Of a stretch of 36,129 nt of DNA, positions 23,976 through 30,884 are shown piece by piece. Location of the stretch: NCBI GenBank assembly GCA_036506355.1, contig DASXRW010000340.1, positions 1-36,129 of the forward strand, read 5' to 3'. The translations under genes were made by a program, and so were the position numbers. The notes beneath the pieces are model-generated. The model did not search any database. It saw only the letters and a program-made list of their open reading frames with translations, and was not told where the DNA came from. The stretch's first letter is position 1. Each line of letters begins with the position of its first letter. Source of the DNA: Burkholderiales bacterium (lineage in GTDB: Bacteria; Pseudomonadota; Gammaproteobacteria; Burkholderiales; SG8-39).

Positions 23976-24348
23976 GGGGGCGACCTGGTTTCGACGTGGG
24001 CAACGAAGCAGCGCAGGGCATGCCGAGGTCCAGAGCACCTCGTAAAACCATCTGGAAACACTACAAACGCCAACGACGAGCGTTTCGCTCTAGCAGCCTA
24101 ATACCTGCTGGACGCTGCACTAGCTTGCTGATGGGCTAGGCCGGCCGCAAGGTCGGTGCAGCGTCATTCACATCAGCCTCTCTCCCGGGCTTGGCCGCTT
24201 GGCCCGGGGGATCCGTCGAAGCGGCTAGCCGAGCGTCAGCCTGCCGGTTGGCGGGCGCAAAGCGAAGGCATCAAAAGACCAGGCTAAGCATGTAGTCCTG
24301 ACTGTAGAGGGCTTACGGACGCGGGTTCGATTCCCGCCGCCTCCACCA
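23976..24348 (+). ncRNA. ssrA: transfer-messenger RNA (tmRNA, one-piece)
   Basis: 5' GGGGGCGACCTGGTTTCGACG pairs with 3' ...GGACGCGGGTTCGATTCCCGCCGCCTCCACCA: a 7-bp acceptor stem with the G3:U pair, a T-arm and a CCA end. Contains an internal tag ORF. Confidence 0.93.
24069..24101 (+). other. tmRNA tag reading frame encoding ANDERFALAA followed by TAA
   Basis: GCC AAC GAC GAG CGT TTC GCT CTA GCA GCC TAA. The AND...ALAA pattern is typical of proteobacterial SsrA tags. Confidence 0.9.
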
Positions 24349-24456
24349 ATCCCTTCCTGAAGGTTGTGCGTTAGCGCACCGCTGCTTTCAGAAGAACCGC
24401 TTTTCCGACAACTCCTACCTTGCGGGCAGGAAAGCGTGCGGTAGCTTGGCTCGGAG

Positions 24457-24660
24457 ATGAATGACTTCCCTTATCTCCTCGTCCGCGCGTCCCGCTTGAC
24501 CGGAACCGTGCTGGACGTCGCGCTGCTTTTGCAGGTCGAGCCCGCGCAGGTCTACCGCTGGATCGCGGGCATCGACCTGCCGACGGACGAGCGCATCGGG
24601 GAGTTCACCGAGCGCCTGCAAAGGTTGCTCTATTCCGGCGGAGCTACTGCAAGCGCCTGA
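24457..24660 (+). CDS. hypothetical small protein with Cro/YdaS/AlpA-like helix-turn-helix signature
   Basis: 67-aa ORF with high GC3. VEPAQVYRWIAGIDLPTDER resembles the recognition-helix motif (..TVYRWI..G..P) of small phage-type HTH proteins. GGAG abuts the ATG with no spacer, so translation signals are poor. Confidence 0.35.
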   Translation: MNDFPYLLVRASRLTGTVLDVALLLQVEPAQVYRWIAGIDLPTDERIGEFTERLQRLLYSGGATASA

Positions 24661-24999
24661 GCGTGCTGCGCGCCGCGTGATTCGGTACCCGTAGAAATGA
24701 AGAAGCCCGGACTGGCGTTCGCCTATTTCCGGGCTTGGTGTCTCGACCCGAGGAGGAGGAGAAACGAGACATTGCACGCAGGCTACCCGTTAGCCGCATA
24801 AACCGCCGTGCCATTTGCCGCGCCCCGGCGGCATGCCTGACAGCCGGCGAGTTGAGATGGATCGGCGGCAGGCGTCTGCGCACTCCTGCACGCTCTACGC
24901 CGTTACTTTCGCACGCGGATGGCGCCGCTTGGGATGCTTGCCGCCGCGCCAGCCCGCGCGGTGCTTGAGACCGCCTGCCTGACTGTTTCTTGGTGACCT

Positions 25000-25038
25000 C
25001 CTACCTGCGCCTTGCAAGCGCTATGCGCGCGAGGTAGG
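25000..25038. promoter_or_regulatory. imperfect inverted repeat upstream of selO (possible operator)
   Basis: cctacctgcgc (25000-25010) pairs with gcgc-g-aggtagg (25027-25038): 7 + 4 bp with a one-nt bulge. The loop contains the 8-nt palindrome cttgcaag. It sits where a -35 element would be relative to the -10 at 25054. Confidence 0.35.
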
Positions 25039-25050
25039 CACAGGCCGTGC

Positions 25051-25059
25051 TGCGATAAT
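25051..25059 (+). promoter_or_regulatory. candidate extended -10 promoter element (TGcGATAAT) for selO
   Basis: TG at 25051-25052 and GATAAT at 25054-25059. The selO ATG is at 25067, i.e. at the predicted +1, and there is no Shine-Dalgarno sequence in between. Confidence 0.4.
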
Positions 25060-25066
25060 TGCACCC

Positions 25067-26617
25067 ATGAGAGCCGCCGCCAAGCGACGCGCCACGCTCG
25101 TCGATCTCGCACAAGCGAGCTTCGAAAACACCTTCGTGCGCGATTTGCCGGCGGACCCGGTGCTCATCAACGTGCCGCGGCAGGTGAGCAATGCCTGCTA
25201 TACGCGCGTCGAGCCGACGCCGGTGGCGGCGCCGAAGCTGCTCGCGTGGTCCGACGCGCTGGGCGAGTCGCTCGGTCTCGCGCGCCCGAGCGCGCAGGCG
25301 GTGGCAGCGCTGGGCGGAAATCGCGTCCTGCCGGGGATGCAACCCTACGCCGCGCGCTATGGCGGCCACCAGTTCGGCCACTGGGCGGGACAGCTCGGCG
25401 ACGGGCGCGCGATCACGCTGGCTGAGCTCATCGGCACCGACGGCTCGCGCCAGGAGCTGCAGCTGAAAGGCGCCGGCAAGACGCCCTACTCGCGCACCGC
25501 CGACGGCCGTGCGGTGCTGCGCTCGTCGCTGCGCGAATTCATGTGCAGCGAAGCGATGTTTCATCTCGGCGTGCCGACCACGCGCGCGCTCTCCCTCGTC
25601 GGCACGGGCGAGCCCGTGATCCGCGACATGTTCTACGACGGCCATCCGCGCCCCGAGCCCGGCGCGATCGTATGTCGCGTCGCGCCGTCGTTCGTGCGCT
25701 TCGGCAACTTTCAGATCCTCGCGGCGAACAACGAGCTCGAAGCGCTCAAGCGTCTCGCCGATTACGTGATCCGCGAGCACTTCGCCGGGCACAGTTACGC
25801 GAGCTGGTACCAGGAGGTGTGCCGGCGCACCGCGCTCCTCATGGTCGACTGGATGCGCCTGGGCTTCGTGCACGGCGTCATGAACACCGACAACCTGTCG
25901 ATCCTCGGCGTGACCATCGACTACGGTCCGTACGGCTGGCTCGAAGGCTACGACCCGATGTGGACGCCGAATACCACCGACGCGCAGGGCCGGCGCTATT
26001 GCTACGGCAACCAGCCGGGCATTGCGCAATGGAACCTCGCGCGCCTCGCAGAAGCGCTGCTGCCGCTCGTCGAGCGCGAAAAGCTCGAGGAGGGACTGAA
26101 CCTCTACGCCGATACGTTCAACGAGGCCTGGCGGCGCGCGCTCGCGCAGAAGCTGGGATTGGCGTCGCCGGACGAGGAGCTAGCGCGCGATCTGCTGGAA
26201 GCGCTCTCCGAGACCGAGACCGACTTCACGCTCTTCTTCCGCAAGCTCGCCGCGGTCCCGCTCAACGGCAGCGACGAAGCATTGCTGGCGCCGCTGCGCG
26301 CCGCCTTTTATGTGGAGGATGCAGTGCACGAACGCCTGCTCGCCTGGCTGCGGCGCTATGTCGAGCGGGTTCGCCCGGGCGGCGCGGCGCGCGCCCGGCA
26401 AATGGACAAGGTCAACCCGAAGTACGTGTTCCGCAACTATCTCGCGCAGCAGGCGATCGACGCGCTCGAAGCCGGCGACGGCGCCGTGCTCGAGCGCCTG
26501 ATGCGGGTCCTCGCGCACCCGTACGACGGGCAGCCCGAGCACGAAGACCTCGCTGCGCGCCGCCCGGAATGGGCGCGCCACAAGGCGGGCTGTTCTGCGC
26601 TATCTTGTAGTTCATGA
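25067..26617 (+). CDS. selO: protein adenylyltransferase SelO (YdiU/UPF0061 pseudokinase-fold AMPylase)
   Basis: 516-aa ORF. YGGHQFGHWAGQLGDGRAI, LKGAGKTPYSRTADGRAVLRSSLRE, HGVMNTDN and C-terminal ...SCSS match E. coli YdiU as recalled. Confidence 0.92.
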   Translation: MRAAAKRRATLVDLAQASFENTFVRDLPADPVLINVPRQVSNACYTRVEPTPVAAPKLLAWSDALGESLGLARPSAQAVAALGGNRVLPGMQPYAARYGGHQFGHWAGQLGDGRAITLAELIGTDGSRQELQLKGAGKTPYSRTADGRAVLRSSLREFMCSEAMFHLGVPTTRALSLVGTGEPVIRDMFYDGHPRPEPGAIVCRVAPSFVRFGNFQILAANNELEALKRLADYVIREHFAGHSYASWYQEVCRRTALLMVDWMRLGFVHGVMNTDNLSILGVTIDYGPYGWLEGYDPMWTPNTTDAQGRRYCYGNQPGIAQWNLARLAEALLPLVEREKLEEGLNLYADTFNEAWRRALAQKLGLASPDEELARDLLEALSETETDFTLFFRKLAAVPLNGSDEALLAPLRAAFYVEDAVHERLLAWLRRYVERVRPGGAARARQMDKVNPKYVFRNYLAQQAIDALEAGDGAVLERLMRVLAHPYDGQPEHEDLAARRPEWARHKAGCSALSCSS

Positions 26618-27351
26618 AATTCCTCTTCGCCGCGCTCGTCGCGACCAGCCAGGTTTTCGCGCAGCAGTCGCCACCATCGGGAAAGACCACCGAGCAGCAG
26701 GCGCGGTCCTACGTGACGAGCGCCTTCGTGACGGGCGCAGCGCCGATGGTACTCAGCGAGAGCGTGACCGTGTCGCCCGAGCTGCGGCAGCGGCTCGGCC
26801 TCGCGCCGGAGGCAGACAGCCGCGCGGTGTACCAGGCGCTGGTCGCGTTGACCGCGGGCAAGCCGGTGCAAGTGCGACGCGCGGCGCCGGACGAGGTCGC
26901 CAAGGCACAGGCGCCCGCGGCCCCCGACAAGCCGATGTTCGCGCTCGAATCGGGCGACGCGACGCTGATCCTGCAATACGACCTCGAGCGCGACAACGTC
27001 GCCTTCATCGGCCTGCCCGGCGCGGTCGCCGTTGCGGCGCCGGTCGTGGCGCCCGCGCCGCCCCAGAAGCTGCCGGAAGTGGCGGCGCAACCGATGCAGC
27101 CCGCAGCACCGCCGCCTCCCGCGGCGGAGGCCTCGAAGCCAGCGCCGGTGCTGCAGGTCGTCGAGCCGCAGGTGCCCCGGGCCGTGAAGCCGGCGGCGCC
27201 CGCCGCGCGCCCCGCGCCGCCCGCAGCGAGGGCACAGGCGCCCGCATCACAGCCCGAATCACGGCCGCCGCTTCGCAAGACCGGCGCGTGCGAGATCAAG
27301 CCGGTCATGTCCGACCAGGACCTGGTGAACTGCGGCGCAACGCCGCGCTGA
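26614..27351 (+). CDS. hypothetical secreted protein: about 130-aa N-domain, Pro/Ala-rich region, C-terminal Cys pair
   Basis: 245-aa ORF with high GC3. Signal peptide MKFLFAALVATSQVFA-QQ. The ATG overlaps the selO stop (ATGA). C-terminus is CEIKPVMSDQDLVNCG. I recognise no family. Confidence 0.6.
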   Translation: MKFLFAALVATSQVFAQQSPPSGKTTEQQARSYVTSAFVTGAAPMVLSESVTVSPELRQRLGLAPEADSRAVYQALVALTAGKPVQVRRAAPDEVAKAQAPAAPDKPMFALESGDATLILQYDLERDNVAFIGLPGAVAVAAPVVAPAPPQKLPEVAAQPMQPAAPPPPAAEASKPAPVLQVVEPQVPRAVKPAAPAARPAPPAARAQAPASQPESRPPLRKTGACEIKPVMSDQDLVNCGATPR

Positions 27352-27419
27352 CTCACAGCCTGTTTGCAGGCACAAATCCTGCAGCACCTCTAGTGCTTCT
27401 TACTCGCACTGGAGGTCAC

Positions 27420-27749
27420 ATGAGAGTCGCGAAACCACTGGTGATCGGCGCCTCTGCGCTGGCGCTGGCTGTGGGTTATGCGTTTGCCGACAAACCGGCG
27501 AACGATCCGGGCTTCAACACCCTGGACAAGAACAACGACGGTTATCTGACCCGCACCGAAGCCGCGGCGAACCCCTTCCTCGCCAAGAACTTCAAGAAAG
27601 CCGACAAGGACGGCGACGGCAAACTCAGCCGCACCGAGTACTTGACGGTGATGACCAAGAAGGATTTGCGCACGGCCAAGCAAAAAGTGACCGGCAATAA
27701 GGACCAGGACCGCAACGCCGCCACCGGCGGAACCCGGCCGGCGAAGTAA
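27420..27749 (+). CDS. secreted EF-hand calcium-binding protein (two EF loops)
   Basis: Start chosen at MRVAKPLVIGASALALAVGYAFA (signal peptide) with GGAGG upstream. EF loops are DKNNDGYLTRTE and DKDGDGKLSRTE. Confidence 0.8.
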   Translation: MRVAKPLVIGASALALAVGYAFADKPANDPGFNTLDKNNDGYLTRTEAAANPFLAKNFKKADKDGDGKLSRTEYLTVMTKKDLRTAKQKVTGNKDQDRNAATGGTRPAK

Positions 27750-27771
27750 GCGGTCAAGCGAAGGTATTCAG

Positions 27772-27797
27772 GCGGGCCCACGGGCCCGCTTTTATTT
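27772..27797. terminator. bidirectional rho-independent terminator between convergent genes
   Basis: gcgggcc-cacg-ggcccgc stem-loop followed by ttttattt. It sits between the EF-hand gene (+) and the 56-aa ORF (-), whose stop lies in the T-tract. Confidence 0.6.
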
Positions 27798-27962
27798 CGC
27801 GCGTCCGCGGCGCAGCGCCGCCACCAGCGACACGGTGCAGAGCGCGAGCAGCACGGCGACCGCGATTTTCGCGATCAGCACCGCACCCGGCGCGACTTGG
27901 CTCGACGCGACGAACGCGGCTAGGGCAGCCGCCATCAGGAACCTGAGGGCCCAGCTCAGCAT
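27792..27962 (-). CDS. hypothetical small membrane protein (56 aa, two predicted TM helices)
   Basis: Below the ORF-track size cut-off. Manual translation: MLSWALRFLMAAALAAFVASSQVAPGAVLIAKIAVAVLLALCTVSLVAALRRGRAK. Very high GC3, two hydrophobic stretches, basic C-terminus. No clear SD. Confidence 0.4.
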   Translation of the reverse strand: MLSWALRFLMAAALAAFVASSQVAPGAVLIAKIAVAVLLALCTVSLVAALRRGRAK

Positions 27963-28008
27963 GCCGCATTAGCGCAGGCCAACCCGCATGTGCGTTGCGC
28001 TAGGGCCG

Positions 28009-29295
28009 CTACGCGGCATGAGCCGGTATGACTATGCCGCCGGAGTTGCGCACGCCGGTGAAAGCGAAATCGATCTCGGGCTTGCGGCCACTCACGATGT
28101 CGGCGATCGCCCGGCCGCTGCCGCAGGCGTGCGTCCAGCCGAGCGTGCCATGCCCGGTATTGAGGTAAAGGTTCGGGTAGCGCGTCGCGCCGATGTAAGG
28201 CACGTTCGACGGCGTCGCCGGCCGCAGGCCGGTCCAGAACTGCGCGCGCGCCGGGTCGCCGGCGCCGGGGAAGAGCTCGAGCGTGCGGCGCAGGATGGCG
28301 CGGCAGCGCACCTCGTTCAGCTCGGTGCTGTAGCCGGCGAGCTCGGCGGTGCCGGCGATGCGCAGCCGTTCGCCCAGGCGCGAGAACACGAGCTTGTATT
28401 CATCGTCGGTCAGGGAAACGGTGTAGGCGCGCGCCGGATCGGCGACGGGCAGCGTCACCGAGTAGCCCTTTAGCGGATAGATGGCGAGGCGCATGCCGAG
28501 CGGGCGTACGAGGAGCGGGCTGTAGGACCCCAGGCAGACGAGGTACGCATCGGCATGCAGCACCTCCTCGCACGCGTCGGTCCGCGCGACTCGGATTCCC
28601 GCGATGCGTCCGCCTTCTGCGCCGAGCGCGAGGATGCGCCCGGGGCGGAACTGCACGCCGCGCTTTGCGGCGAGCGCGGCGAGGCCCTGGGTGAACTTAT
28701 GCGCATCGCCCGATTCATCCGACGGCGTCCAGCTGCCACCGACCAACGGCACGTTTCTCAGCGCGGGCTCGATCTCGGCACAGCGCCTTGCGCTCACCAT
28801 CTCGAGGTCGCAGCCGTGCTCGCGCATCGCGCGCGCCGACTCGACCGCGTAGCCGAGCTCGCGCTCGCTCGTATAGAAATGCAGGATGCCGCGCGCCAGA
28901 TGGTCGTACTCGATGCGGGTTTCTGCGCGCAGCTCCTGCAGACTCGTACGGCTGTACAAGCCGAGGGTCACCAACTGCCGGATGTTGTGGGCGGTGCGCG
29001 CGGGGGTGCATTCGCGCAGGAACGCGAGGCCCCAGAGCCATTGCGCGAGATCGGCGCGCGGCCGGAAAAGGAGCGGCGCCTCCTCGCGGCCGAGCCACTT
29101 CAGGATCTTGCGCGGCACGCGCGGATTGGCCCACGGCTGGGCGTGCGACACCGAGATCTGCCCGCCATTGGCAAACGAGGTCTCGAGGCCCGCCGCGTCG
29201 TGCCGGTCGACCAGCGTGACCTCGTGGCCCGCTTTGCTGAGATACCAAGCGGAAGTCACGCCGATGACGCCGGCGCCGAGAACCAGGACGTGCAT
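28009..29295 (-). CDS. dadA: FAD-dependent D-amino-acid dehydrogenase family oxidoreductase (DadA-like)
   Basis: 428-aa ORF. MHVLVLGAGVIGVTSAWYL...GHEVTLVDR...ETSFANGG is collinear with the DadA N-terminus as recalled. Confidence 0.82.
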   Translation of the reverse strand: MHVLVLGAGVIGVTSAWYLSKAGHEVTLVDRHDAAGLETSFANGGQISVSHAQPWANPRVPRKILKWLGREEAPLLFRPRADLAQWLWGLAFLRECTPARTAHNIRQLVTLGLYSRTSLQELRAETRIEYDHLARGILHFYTSERELGYAVESARAMREHGCDLEMVSARRCAEIEPALRNVPLVGGSWTPSDESGDAHKFTQGLAALAAKRGVQFRPGRILALGAEGGRIAGIRVARTDACEEVLHADAYLVCLGSYSPLLVRPLGMRLAIYPLKGYSVTLPVADPARAYTVSLTDDEYKLVFSRLGERLRIAGTAELAGYSTELNEVRCRAILRRTLELFPGAGDPARAQFWTGLRPATPSNVPYIGATRYPNLYLNTGHGTLGWTHACGSGRAIADIVSGRKPEIDFAFTGVRNSGGIVIPAHAA

Positions 29296-29298
29296 CGC

Positions 29299-29505
29299 TC
29301 AGTCGAGCGTGAAGCCCACCTTCATCGTCACCTGCCAATGGGCCACTTTGCCTTTCTCGATCTCGCCGCGCGTGTCGATCACCTGGAACCAGCGCAGGTT
29401 GTGCAGCGTCGTCGACGCCTTGGCGACGGCGTTGCGGACCGCTTCCTCGAGTCCCTTGGGCGACGATCCGGTGAGCTCGATGGTCTTGTAGACATGGTTC
29501 GGCAT
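29299..29505 (-). CDS. dodecin family flavin-binding protein
   Basis: 68-aa [25 protein letters not shown]...L.NLRWFQV...[17 protein letters not shown] closely follows the dodecin pattern (Thermus/Halobacterium type) as recalled. Confidence 0.8.
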   Translation of the reverse strand: MPNHVYKTIELTGSSPKGLEEAVRNAVAKASTTLHNLRWFQVIDTRGEIEKGKVAHWQVTMKVGFTLD

Positions 29506-29515
29506 GGCGTTCTCC

Positions 29516-30688
29516 TCAGGAAAGTTCTCGGCTCGCGAGTCGCGCGCCGGCAGCGAGCGCCTCGAGCTTGGCCCACATGATCGACGGATGCACGCGCCGG
29601 TGGAACGGCCCCTGCGCGAAGCCGCAGTCGGTGCCGGCCATCAGGTTTTCGCGGCCGATCAGTTTGCCGATGCGCACCAGGCGCTCGGCCACAAGTTGCG
29701 GATGCTCGACGATGTTGGTGGCGTGGCTGATGACGCCGGGCACCAGTGTCTTGCCGCGCGGCAGCTTCACTTTTTCCCACACGCGCCATTCATGCTCGTG
29801 TCGCGGGTTCGCGCCTTCGATGAGATAGGCGCCGGCTTTGACTTTCAATATTAGGTCGACGACATCCTTCAGCGGTACATCCGTCGTATGCGGCCCCGGC
29901 CAGCTGCCCCAGCACACGTGGTAGCGCACCCGGTCTTCGGGAATTCCCGTCAGCGCCTCGTTCAGCACCTCGACGTGCAGCTCGACCCAGCGGCGATAGT
30001 CCTCAAACTTGGCCGGCGGCACCATCCGGTCATACGTTACGGCGAAGCGCGCGTCGTCCAGCTGTAGGAGCAAGCCGGCATCGACGATCGCCTTGTACTC
30101 GGTGCGCATCGCTCTCGCGATCGCGCGCAGGCATTCTTCGTCGCTCTTGTAGTACTCGTTTTTCCTGTCGGGGATGACGCTCGCCGGCGCGGCGACGGGA
30201 AGGAAGCCCTGCTTCACGCCGGCGGCGGCGAGCGCGGCCTTGAAGTTCGCGATGTCGCGCTGCAGTTCTTCCTGACCGTGGTATTCAATCGGCGCAACGC
30301 ACACCGCCAGGACGCCGTTCGCCCCCGCGGTGGCGGGCGGGCCGTCGGCCGCATCGAGCTCGGCGTAGAACTCGGCGAAGCGCGTGCGATCGGCGCCGCG
30401 CGAGAACGGATTGGCGCCGGGCTTCGCCGGCCGGCGCTCAAAGCCCGCAAGGCGCTCGAGCGCGTACTGCGACCAGCTGATCGCTTTGCCGAACTCGCCG
30501 TCGCTCGGAATATCGATGCCGGCTTCGGCCTGGCGCCGCACCACGTCCTTCACCGACTCGGCGAGGCAGCGCTGGTACGCGGCCTCGTCGTAGGGCTCGC
30601 GCTTCTGCCGCGCGCGGATGAATTCGAGCAGCGCCGGCGGCCGGATCAGGCTGCCGACGTGCGTGGTGAGAATGCGCTCGGTGCCTAT
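29516..30688 (-). CDS. cobalamin-independent methionine synthase-like protein (MetE C-terminal domain / Meth_synt_2 family); start codon unresolved
   Basis: Track ORF 29516..30553 begins at GTG. The same frame stays open upstream and encodes [23 protein letters not shown]..., the typical family N-terminus ([12 protein letters not shown]). C-terminal ISHATN...EHP and GTDCGF are Zn-ligand-like motifs. The upper coordinate is set at the in-frame ATA (30686-30688). Confidence 0.75.
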   Translation of the reverse strand: MGTERILTTHVGSLIRPPALLEFIRARQKREPYDEAAYQRCLAESVKDVVRRQAEAGIDIPSDGEFGKAISWSQYALERLAGFERRPAKPGANPFSRGADRTRFAEFYAELDAADGPPATAGANGVLAVCVAPIEYHGQEELQRDIANFKAALAAAGVKQGFLPVAAPASVIPDRKNEYYKSDEECLRAIARAMRTEYKAIVDAGLLLQLDDARFAVTYDRMVPPAKFEDYRRWVELHVEVLNEALTGIPEDRVRYHVCWGSWPGPHTTDVPLKDVVDLILKVKAGAYLIEGANPRHEHEWRVWEKVKLPRGKTLVPGVISHATNIVEHPQLVAERLVRIGKLIGRENLMAGTDCGFAQGPFHRRVHPSIMWAKLEALAAGARLASRELS

Positions 30689-30870
30689 TCGCGGCGCGGC
30701 GCCTGCTCGGCGTCGTCCTCGTCGGACATGCCCGAGGACACCTCGCGCGCCTTGCCGTCGGCCACCGGCGGGAGCTTGGGTTTCGCTTCTTCCGGAAAGC
30801 CGGGCAGCTGGGCGATCGCGGCGCTCCAGCTCGAGGGCTTGCGCGGCAGCGTGTCTTCGTCGGGTCTCAT
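30685..30870 (-). CDS. hypothetical 61-aa hydrophilic protein (Pro/acidic-rich)
   Basis: Hidden in the tail of the spurious track ORF 30685..31893. [65 protein letters not shown] lies 5 nt upstream of the ATG, GC3 is very high, and it starts 14 nt after the yihY-like stop. Confidence 0.45.
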   Translation of the reverse strand: MRPDEDTLPRKPSSWSAAIAQLPGFPEEAKPKLPPVADGKAREVSSGMSDEDDAEQAPRRE

Positions 30871-30884
30871 GCTCGCCTCATAGT

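Noticed and set aside
24412-25006. Direct 9-mer ctcctacct at 24412-24420 and 24998-25006, flanking the small HTH ORF region, considered as possible att-like repeats
   Set aside because: A single 9-nt match within about 600 bp is close to chance expectation. Neither copy matches the ssrA 3' end, and the second copy is better explained as an arm of the inverted repeat upstream of selO.
24415-25112. ORFs 24415..24777 (-), 24644..24883 (-), 24735..24968 (+) and 24903..25112 (-) in the ssrA-selO spacer
   Set aside because: Arg-rich translations, mediocre GC3 compared with real genes here, no SD, mutually overlapping or antisense to the better-supported small HTH ORF. Treated as non-coding pending expression data.
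25001-27356. Long minus-strand ORFs opposite selO and the Pro/Ala-rich gene (25001..26029, 26437..27090, 26709..27356), plus-strand alternate frame 25543..26610
   Set aside because: selO identity on the plus strand is unambiguous. For 26614..27351 the plus frame has a signal peptide, start/stop coupling and higher GC3, whereas the antisense frames are Gly/Ala/Arg repeats mirroring the Pro/Ala region.
28591-28610. gattcccgc similarity to the tmRNA T-arm/3' end inside the DadA-like gene, considered as a distal attR
   Set aside because: Only about 9 nt match, inside a well-conserved coding frame and 4 kb away, with no mobile genes in between. Most likely coincidence.
30680-30692. Programmed -1 frameshift fusing the 61-aa ORF to the MetE-like frame at ...CGC GAA TAG
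   Set aside because: The frames are related by -1, but there is no X XXY YYZ slippery heptamer. The 61-aa sequence does not resemble any N-terminal part of this enzyme family. Separate ORFs with coupled or non-canonical initiation are more plausible.
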